Positions 50,674 to 57,238 of a DNA stretch of 57,238 nt are shown piece after piece (position 1 is the stretch's first letter; every line of letters starts with the position of its first letter). Source of the stretch: a bacterium (GTDB lineage Bacteria > Patescibacteriota > Minisyncoccia > Moranbacterales > UBA9337); contig JAGGSH010000035.1 in the NCBI GenBank assembly GCA_021159185.1, positions 1 through 57,238 of the forward strand, written 5' to 3'. Below the pieces are notes generated by a model. It ran no database searches and was not told the DNA's origin. It saw nothing but the letters and a program-made list of their open reading frames with translations. A program made the position numbers and the translations under genes.

Positions 50674-53600
50674 TTATTCCGACTCTTTGTTTTCTGTCAC
50701 TTTAATTCCTAACAATTCCGCGTTTAAACACAAGCCTTTCAGCTCGTTGACCAGCACATGAAATGAAGCGGGAATGTTGGGACTTTTAATCAGCTCTCCT
50801 TTAATAATTGATTCATACGCTTTTGACCTTCCCAAAACATCGTCTGATTTAATGGTCAGCATTTCCTGGAGCGTATGCGCCGCGCCGTATCCTTCCAGCG
50901 CCCACACTTCCATTTCCCCAAACCTTTGCCCTCCAAATTGGGCTTTTCCGCCCAAAGGCTGCTGCGTAATTAAGGAATACGGCCCTATGGAACGCATATG
51001 AATTTTATCATCAACCAAATGGTTCAGCTTCATTACATACATTACTCCTACCGTGGATTTGTTATCAAAATATTCTCCTGTCATTCCGTTAGTAAGACGA
51101 ACCTTTCCATCTTCCGGCAAACCGGCTTTAATCAGCTCTTTCTTAATATCTTTCTCGCTTACGCCATCCAAAACAGGACTGGCTACTTTGTATCCCAGCT
51201 TACTGGCCGCCCATCCGAGATGAGTTTCAAGAATCTGCCCGATATTCATACGGCTCACCACGCCCAAAGGATTGAGAATAATATCTATAGGAGTTCCGTC
51301 TGGCAGATAAGGCATATCTTCTACGGGAGCAATTCTAGAAATTACACCTTTGTTTCCATGCCGTCCCGCCAATTTATCTCCCACTGAAATTTTCCTTAAT
51401 TGCGCCACGGAAACCTGGATTTGTTGTATAACTCCCGTAGGCAGCTTATCTCCCTGTTCCCGAGAGAAAATTTTAATATCTACCACTTTCCCGTGTTCTC
51501 CATGAGGAAGATAAAGCGAGGAATCTTTCACATCTCGAGATTTTTCCCCGAATATCGCCCGCAATAATCTTTCTTCCGGAGTCAAATCGCCTTCGCCTTT
51601 AGGAGTAATTTTGCCCACTAAAATATCTCCGGAAGAAACTTCCGCGCCAACGCAAACAATTCCGGTTTCGTCTAGATTTTTAAGCCGTTCGTCTCCGATG
51701 TTGGGAATATCTCGAGTTATGGCTTCCGCGCCCAGTTTAGTATCTCTAACATCCACGGAAAAATCTTCAATATGGATTGAACTGTAACGGTCGTCGTGAA
51801 GAAGTTTTTCTGAAATAATAATGGCGTCTTCAAAATTATAGCCTTCCCACGAAACAAAAGCAGCCAAAACATTCTGCCCCAAGGCCAATTCTCCATGATC
51901 AGTGGAAGCGCCGTCCGCTATTAGCTGGTTTTTTTTAATCTTTTCCTTTTTAATTACGCGCGGAACTTGGTTCATACTGGTAAAAGCGTTAGATCTTACA
52001 AAACTTTGAAGTTTATATTCTCTTTTATAATATTTATTTTTGCTTCCCGCCGGAGCTTTTTCCCTGATTATAATATGGTTGGCATCTACGCTAAGCACCT
52101 CCCCATCTTCAATCGCCAGCACCGCCTGTCCGGAGTCGGAAGCCGCTTTATCTTCTATGCCGGTGCCCACAACCGGGGATTGCGGAACTACGCAAGAAAC
52201 GGCTTGGCGCTGCATATTAGATCCCATAAGAGCGCGGTTAGCGTCATCATGTTCTAAAAAAGGTATAAGGGAAGTAGCTACTGAAACGCACTGCTTAGCA
52301 GAGACATCCATATAGTCAAGTTTTTTAGACTCAATCATTTCCGGATTTCCTTTTGCTCTGGCTTCTACTGAATTTTCTTCCACATTGCCGTTGGCGTCTA
52401 ATTTTATTCCCGCATGGGCAATGGCTTTGCGATCTTCAGCGGCAGCGTCTAAATATTCAATTTCCTTGGTAATGAAAGGTTTTACTTTTATGGTCTTATT
52501 TTTGATTCCGGAGATTTTTTTGGCTAGCGCGGAATTAATTCGGGTTCCCGCTTTTCCTATTCCCGCAATATTTTGATCCAGTATCCTGTTCTCCAAATCT
52601 TGAACTTTATTTTTCACCTCTTTCACAATTTTTAAATAAGGTGTTTCCAGAAATCCGAATTTATTTATCCGCGCGTAAGTAGCCATATGCCCCACTAAAC
52701 CAATATTCGGACCTTCGGGAGTTTCCACGGGACAGATTTTTCCGTAGTGGGAACGATGCACATCTCGCACTTCAAATCCGGCTCTTTCTCTGGTAAGCCC
52801 TCCCGGTCCGATAGCGGTTAACCGGCGTTTATGTTCCAATTCCGCCAGAGGATTAACTTGGTCCATAAACTGGGATAGTTGAGAACTGGAAAAAAATTCT
52901 TTTATGACGGCGGCGACCGGACGCGAATTTATTAATTGTCCGGGAACGGCTGTGGCTAAATCGCAAGTGCTCATTCTGTCTCTAATGTTGCGTGTCATGC
53001 GGGCAATTCCCACGCGCAACTTGTTTTGGATTAATTCTCCCACGCACCTTACTCTTCTGCTGCCCAAATGGTCAATATCATCCGGACGCGCTAAAGGATT
53101 ATTATTTAAGTTTATAATTTCCTTGATAATCAGTATCAGATCTTTCACATTCAAAATTTTATGCTTTTTGTCATTGGGAGAATTAACATTAAGTCTTTGG
53201 TTAAGCCTATAGCGCCCCACTCCGCTGAAATCATATCTTTCAAAATTAAAAAACATAGCGTCAATCATTTGCTTGGCATTTTCTTCCGTGGCTAAATCTC
53301 CGGGGCGAATCCTTCTGTAAATTTCTTTATATCCTTCTCCTTGACTCTTAGAAATATCCTTAGCAATGGTTTCTTCAATATATTTTATTTTTCCCGTATC
53401 CACATCGGCAAATTCTTTTTTCAACTTTTCATCGCTTCCATATCCAAAAGCGCGCAAAAGCGCTGTTATGGGAACTTTTCTTTTACGGTCAATTCTGGCT
53501 GAAATAACTCCGTCCGCGTCAGTATTTATTTCTATCCAAGCTCCTCTGTTGGGAATTATTTTGGCGCCAAAAAGTTTTTCTCCTTTTTGGCGCTCCATAG

Positions 53601-54081
53601 TGAAAAACACGCCGGGACTGCGTATTAGCTGGCTAATTACAACTCTCTCCACGCCGTTAATAATAAAAGTCCCCCGACCGGTCATAACCGGAAAATCTCC
53701 GAGGTAAATTTCCTGCTCTTTAATTTCTCCCGTTTTTTTAAATAAAAGCCGGGCAATAGCTCTTAAGGGAGCTTCGTAGGAAATATTTTTCTCCCGAGCA
53801 GTTACTTCGTCGCACTTAGGCTCATCCAAATAATAATCGGAAATTGAAAGCTCCAAATTCTTTCCCGTGAATCCTTCTATGGGATTAATTTCGTCAAGCA
53901 ATTCGTTAAGGCCTTCCTTCAAAAACCAATTATAAGAATTAATCTGCGTTTCAATGAGATTAGGCAAGGAAACTGTGAAGCGTTTTTTGAAAAATTTTCT
54001 CTTAGATAAAGAGGAGGAAGAACCAAAAGTATCTTTAACTTTTAAAGTTTTTTTACTTTCAAGCATAAAAACAATTCCCAC
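50674..54081 (-). CDS. rpoB: DNA-directed RNA polymerase beta subunit
   Basis: GDKLAGRHGNKGV, NMQRQAV and PFLEHDDANRALMG motifs. The ORF-track start is GTG at 54081; ATG at 54066 (MLESKK) is an equally plausible start. Confidence 0.97.
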   Translation of the reverse strand: MGIVFMLESKKTLKVKDTFGSSSSLSKRKFFKKRFTVSLPNLIETQINSYNWFLKEGLNELLDEINPIEGFTGKNLELSISDYYLDEPKCDEVTAREKNISYEAPLRAIARLLFKKTGEIKEQEIYLGDFPVMTGRGTFIINGVERVVISQLIRSPGVFFTMERQKGEKLFGAKIIPNRGAWIEINTDADGVISARIDRKRKVPITALLRAFGYGSDEKLKKEFADVDTGKIKYIEETIAKDISKSQGEGYKEIYRRIRPGDLATEENAKQMIDAMFFNFERYDFSGVGRYRLNQRLNVNSPNDKKHKILNVKDLILIIKEIINLNNNPLARPDDIDHLGSRRVRCVGELIQNKLRVGIARMTRNIRDRMSTCDLATAVPGQLINSRPVAAVIKEFFSSSQLSQFMDQVNPLAELEHKRRLTAIGPGGLTRERAGFEVRDVHRSHYGKICPVETPEGPNIGLVGHMATYARINKFGFLETPYLKIVKEVKNKVQDLENRILDQNIAGIGKAGTRINSALAKKISGIKNKTIKVKPFITKEIEYLDAAAEDRKAIAHAGIKLDANGNVEENSVEARAKGNPEMIESKKLDYMDVSAKQCVSVATSLIPFLEHDDANRALMGSNMQRQAVSCVVPQSPVVGTGIEDKAASDSGQAVLAIEDGEVLSVDANHIIIREKAPAGSKNKYYKREYKLQSFVRSNAFTSMNQVPRVIKKEKIKKNQLIADGASTDHGELALGQNVLAAFVSWEGYNFEDAIIISEKLLHDDRYSSIHIEDFSVDVRDTKLGAEAITRDIPNIGDERLKNLDETGIVCVGAEVSSGDILVGKITPKGEGDLTPEERLLRAIFGEKSRDVKDSSLYLPHGEHGKVVDIKIFSREQGDKLPTGVIQQIQVSVAQLRKISVGDKLAGRHGNKGVISRIAPVEDMPYLPDGTPIDIILNPLGVVSRMNIGQILETHLGWAASKLGYKVASPVLDGVSEKDIKKELIKAGLPEDGKVRLTNGMTGEYFDNKSTVGVMYVMKLNHLVDDKIHMRSIGPYSLITQQPLGGKAQFGGQRFGEMEVWALEGYGAAHTLQEMLTIKSDDVLGRSKAYESIIKGELIKSPNIPASFHVLVNELKGLCLNAELLGIKVTENKESE

Positions 54082-54254
54082 TATTTTCTTTCGCTTCGCT
54101 AATTATCTTGGAAGCAAAGATTATTTAATGAGATTATTGGAGGATATTTAATTATTTTTTATAAGCGTAACCAGCCATTCACTGTTAGATTTAACAGGCG
54201 TTTCTCTATTGTATATAAAAACCAAAAATAACGCAATTTCTTTTCACTTTCTAA

Positions 54255-54283
54255 AACCTACCACTCCCGTGTTTTTTTGTCAA
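54255..54283 (-). promoter_or_regulatory. Possible rpoB promoter
   Basis: Minus strand CTATTGACAAAAAAAC: TTGACA (54283-54278), 17-nt spacer, weak -10 TAGGTT (54260-54255). Confidence 0.3.
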
Positions 54284-54290
54284 TAGTTTT

Positions 54291-54554
54291 TTATTTATAA
54301 AGATTACTGTGTGTGTCTATGTCAATAAAGATAACCGTATCTTCACCTTTAGATATGTAAATAGCGCGCCAATCACCGGTAATGTTAATGCTCCATTGGT
54401 CTTTTCTGCTCCCCGTAAGCGGATGATTGCCAAGAAGAGGATAAAACGGATTTTTCAGAAATAAATTCCGGCGATTTTTAAACGCCTTTTGGATTTTCGG
54501 AGAACTTTTAATAAGTTTCTTCTCAAAATTTCTATGAAGTATTATCTTCATCAA
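54291..54554 (-). CDS. RelE/ParE-superfamily type II toxin
   Basis: 87 aa, ...HPLTGSRKDQWSINITGDWRAIY... typical RelE/YafQ-like core; ATGA overlap with the upstream antitoxin. Confidence 0.7.
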   Translation of the reverse strand: MMKIILHRNFEKKLIKSSPKIQKAFKNRRNLFLKNPFYPLLGNHPLTGSRKDQWSINITGDWRAIYISKGEDTVIFIDIDTHSNLYK

Positions 54555-54832
54555 TGTAAAGACTCTAAATAAGCATCCATTTCTTGAGGAGTATGGAAAA
54601 CCGGCGAAAGATTCTTCCCTTCCATAGCTTCCTTTTGAAGGCGGTTGAGGCGGCGTTTAACAGAGGGCTTTAACTCTCCCTCTAAATAAAAATGGATTTC
54701 CCTTGTGCGAATAAGCTGATGTAAATAGGCGTTGATAATAGTGGAAAGAGGCATGCCAAAACTGCGCGCCACTTTCTGCGCTTCTTCTTTCACTTTTCTG
54801 TCCGCTTTGATATTAATAGTAGTTTTAGCCAT
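54551..54832 (-). CDS. RelB/DinJ-family (RHH) antitoxin
   Basis: TINIKADRKVKEEAQKVARSFGMPLSTIINAYLHQL ribbon-helix-helix pattern. Confidence 0.7.
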   Translation of the reverse strand: MAKTTINIKADRKVKEEAQKVARSFGMPLSTIINAYLHQLIRTREIHFYLEGELKPSVKRRLNRLQKEAMEGKNLSPVFHTPQEMDAYLESLH

Positions 54833-54865
54833 ATGCCCAAAGTATATACAACGGATGTATAGATG

Positions 54866-55150
54866 TCAAGAAACTTTAATCCCATAAACTTTAATCCCAT
54901 AATTGAAAGTTTTAGCCACCGTTTTGGCGATGCGAACCGTGGTATAGCTGGCGGGAATATCGCTTTTGACTTCCAACTTTTTTACACCATCCAGTTTTAA
55001 TTTATTTTTTTTGATAATCTTGTCAATTTCTAATAATAGCTTTTGGCTTATATTACTCTCTTCTTTCCAAAAAAACTGATCAACAATTTTCTCGCCGTCA
55101 ATTAAGTAAAGTATATTTTTTTCTTTTTTTAGGCAGAGTCGCAATACCAT
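54866..55150 (-). CDS. Hypothetical protein (weak resemblance to the N-terminal half of TsaB/YeaZ)
   Basis: 94 aa; only a loose match (LDGVKKLEVKSDIPASYTTVRIAKTVAKTF vs the GPGSFTGLRIG region). Confidence 0.3.
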   Translation of the reverse strand: MVLRLCLKKEKNILYLIDGEKIVDQFFWKEESNISQKLLLEIDKIIKKNKLKLDGVKKLEVKSDIPASYTTVRIAKTVAKTFNYGIKVYGIKVS

Positions 55151-55200
55151 AAAATAAGTTTTGACTTTTTTATTTCTTTATTTTTTTGAAACTCTCTTTT

Positions 55201-55246
55201 GTCATTCCCGACTTCCCGCCTGCCGCCAGGCAAGCAAGGGGGGAAT
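55201..55246. repeat. Family-B-related degenerate element (copy B5)
   Basis: GTCATTCCCGACTTCCCGCCTGCCGCCAGGCAAGCAAGGGGGGAAT. Confidence 0.65.
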
Positions 55247-55278
55247 TTTAATCCTTCTTGAGCTATAAGTTTCGCGTT

Positions 55279-56343
55279 TTAAGTTTCGCGTTTTAAGTTT
55301 ATCGTCTGCGTTGGGTAAGCGAACTCAATTTTTTCTTCGGCGAATTTTTTGTAAATCGCCAAATTAACTTCCTGTTGGACGTCCATATACTCCTCGTATT
55401 TTGGAGAATCCACAAAATAAACAACCTCATAATCCAGACTGAAATCCCCATATCGGCTGAAATGCGCCCGGCTAAACTCCGCTGAATCTATCCCGCTAAT
55501 AATCTCTTTAACTATAGTTGGGATCTTTCCCAGTTTTTCCGCGCTTGTCCCGTAAACCACGCCCAAAGTAAAAACCACTCTTCGCTTTTCCATCCTTTTG
55601 AAATTTTGGATTCGCGCGTCGGTCAAGTCTTTATTGGGAACCACCAATTCTTCCCCTTGAAGAGTTTTTAACCGAGTGGTTTTTATGCCGATTTTCTGAA
55701 CCGCGCCACTTTCTTTCCCCGCCACAATGTAATCGCCAATTTCAAAGGGCTTGTCAATAAAAATTGAAAAAGAAGCGAAAACATCGCCTAAAATATTCTG
55801 CACAGCTAAAGCTATGGCGATTCCGCCAATTCCCAATCCAGCTACGACGGAAGAAACATTTACTCCCAGATTAGACAAAACCAGAAGAACGCCCGCCGCC
55901 CATAAAGATATTTTAAATATCTTGCTGATAAGACCAATAACTTCTTTGTCTTTCTCCCGGTTTTTTCCTTTAGTTCTATTGATTATTTTTTCAGCCGCGT
56001 AATCAACGGTCCTTTGCAAAATTAAAATAACTTGGTAAGCAATCACAATTATGAATACGGCATTGATTATTTTTTCAACAATGGCAACTAATTCTAAAAA
56101 TTTCAGCGAAACATACAGCGAGATGAAAAAATAAAACGGCGGCTTAACATCCTTCACTAAACTAATTAAAAGGTCGTCAATATCAGTCGGCGTTTTTTTG
56201 GATATTTGGGAAAGCCGTTTAAGAATAATTACTTGAAAAATTTTAAAAGCCGCCGTCAAAACAGCTAAAATAACCAGGGCTTTAAAATAGTTCTCGCCAT
56301 TGTTCCCCCATAATTCAAATGAGGTTAGTTTTTGATAATCCAT
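55279..56343 (-). CDS. MscS-family mechanosensitive channel
   Basis: TM3-like GIGGIAIALAVQNILGDVFAS, then beta-domain PFEIGDYIVAGKESGAVQKIGIKTTRLKTLQGEELVVPN. Confidence 0.85.
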   Translation of the reverse strand: MDYQKLTSFELWGNNGENYFKALVILAVLTAAFKIFQVIILKRLSQISKKTPTDIDDLLISLVKDVKPPFYFFISLYVSLKFLELVAIVEKIINAVFIIVIAYQVILILQRTVDYAAEKIINRTKGKNREKDKEVIGLISKIFKISLWAAGVLLVLSNLGVNVSSVVAGLGIGGIAIALAVQNILGDVFASFSIFIDKPFEIGDYIVAGKESGAVQKIGIKTTRLKTLQGEELVVPNKDLTDARIQNFKRMEKRRVVFTLGVVYGTSAEKLGKIPTIVKEIISGIDSAEFSRAHFSRYGDFSLDYEVVYFVDSPKYEEYMDVQQEVNLAIYKKFAEEKIEFAYPTQTINLKRET

Positions 56344-56351
56344 AGTCTTGT

Positions 56352-56393
56352 GTTAGTAGTTAGTAGTTAGTAGTTAGTAGTTAGTAGTTAGAA
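56352..56393. repeat. Heptanucleotide tandem repeat (GTTAGTA)x5 + GTTAGAA directly upstream of the mscS-like start codon
   Basis: Units start at 56352, 56359, 56366, 56373 and 56380, with a variant at 56387; the ATG is at 56343. Confidence 0.9.
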
Positions 56394-56420
56394 TAATTCA
56401 ATCATACTACTTGCTACTTG

Positions 56421-57089
56421 CTATGTGCTACATAATACTATTTTCTTAAAATAAATATCCACATCATTTATCCATTTTCGGACGCTTTGGCGGCTGTGGC
56501 CGGCGCAGGACGACCCGCATTTCCAAACAATCATTTTGGAAGGAGTGTTTAAATTTTTGCCAACCAATTCTTTTATTCTCCCGCCGACAACTTCCACTGC
56601 TTCCCGCGAAGAAGAGAAACAGCCGTAATTCATCACCCGCCCGCGGCCTCCCGCGCCTTTGTATCCCCAGTAATTATAGCATATTTTTCCATTCTTGGAA
56701 GGCGACCTTTTTCCCCAGTCACTTTCTTTTTTAGCGATTCCAATAATAAGAGCGGCTGTTCTGCGATTATAGCGGGCAATATACGGAACCATTTCTTCTA
56801 TAGGATAGCCTCGCGTTATGGCATAAAGCTCCTTTTCAATTTCTGTTGTTTCCGGCGATTTATTTTGTGGATTTAAGCAAAAGTTGTTGTTTATATTTAA
56901 AACATTTTGTTTTTCAGCACTTCTCTTTATGCCATTCCCGCTTTCTTCACATGTGTCATTCCCGCGCAGGCGGGAATCCAGACTTCTTTTAGCGCTAGCT
57001 TTAATGCCAAAATTGTAATTTTGAATGTAAAAAAAACAGCCTGCTATTAATATCAGGATGATTAAAGTTGAGATTCTATTATTTTTCAG
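56421..57089 (-). CDS. Membrane-anchored glucosaminidase/lysozyme-like cell-wall hydrolase; no canonical start (putative CTG at 57089)
   Basis: Stop-to-stop frame 56421-57113. The first ATG (56792) lies after a TM-anchor-like N-terminus (L)KNNRISTLIILILIAGCFFY. The IGIAKKESDWGK core resembles glucosaminidase-type domains. Repeat B4 lies in frame. Confidence 0.45.
   Translation of the reverse strand: MKNNRISTLIILILIAGCFFYIQNYNFGIKASAKRSLDSRLRGNDTCEESGNGIKRSAEKQNVLNINNNFCLNPQNKSPETTEIEKELYAITRGYPIEEMVPYIARYNRRTAALIIGIAKKESDWGKRSPSKNGKICYNYWGYKGAGGRGRVMNYGCFSSSREAVEVVGGRIKELVGKNLNTPSKMIVWKCGSSCAGHSRQSVRKWINDVDIYFKKIVLCST
56931..56983. repeat. Family-B left arm (copy B4) inside an open reading frame
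   Basis: GCCATTCCCGCTTTCTTCACATGTGTCATTCCCGCGCAGGCGGGAATCCAGAC; translated in frame as ...SLDSRLRGNDTCEESGNG... Confidence 0.85.
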
Positions 57090-57150
57090 CGGATATTTAC
57101 TTATAAACCAGTTTTACTCTTTATAATACTCTGATTTTCAAAACCGTATT

Positions 57151-57178
57151 AGCATAGCAAGCTATCATTTTTTGTCAA
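57151..57178 (-). promoter_or_regulatory. Candidate promoter for the cell-wall hydrolase gene
   Basis: Minus strand CTATTGACAAAAAAT: TTGACA (57178-57173), 16-nt spacer, TATGCT (57156-57151). Confidence 0.35.
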
Positions 57179-57238
57179 TAGCCTGTACTAGATGACCACC
57201 TCTTGGACACTTTTGAATATTTTTGAGTAAAATTAACA

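Noticed and set aside
46935-54081. Numerous 60-150-aa ORFs antisense to or overlapping rpoB and rpoC (e.g. 47628-48068, 49507-49896, 50998-51387, 53366-53707)
   Set aside because: They lie entirely within very confidently identified long genes, have low-complexity translations and no start context; these are typical shadow ORFs.

Overview
AT-rich, gene-dense bacterial chromosome segment. Its content looks like a reduced-genome Patescibacteria/CPR-type organism (inference, no search run). It has compact housekeeping genes: recA, ftsK, infB-rbfA-nrnA, rpoB-rpoC, rpsB-tsf, rpmE, rpmG and prfB with the classic +1 frameshift. It also has 7 tRNAs, a porA/porB oxidoreductase, almost no biosynthetic genes, and mostly Shine-Dalgarno-less starts. 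The genetic code appears standard: TAA, TAG and TGA each terminate conserved genes, and RF2 carries a CUU-UGA autoregulatory site. Genes run on the minus strand except for a 9.7 kb plus-strand block (36.2-45.9 kb). Accessory content: a BrnT/BrnA module wedged between porA and porB; a RelE/DinJ-type pair; two low-GC COG1373-type AAA+ ATPases; a Bro-N gene inside a MacAB-type efflux operon; a secreted CARDB-protein pair; and a divergent pyrD/pyrF/pyrE-like trio with embedded micro-ORFs. The last two blocks stand out by strong AGGAG ribosome-binding sites and higher GC. The most striking structure not explained by genes is a set of related palindromic intergenic repeat families: A, GTCATTCCGGAAT type; B, ATTCCC-N8-GGGAAT type; C, TTAGAAATT-word type. 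These fill nearly every long spacer. In one copy the body is flipped relative to a conserved flank. Repeat-like or palindromic DNA also sits in frame inside three genes (rnhA, porA and a cell-wall hydrolase). All calls come from reading the sequence and the ORF translations; no database search was possible.
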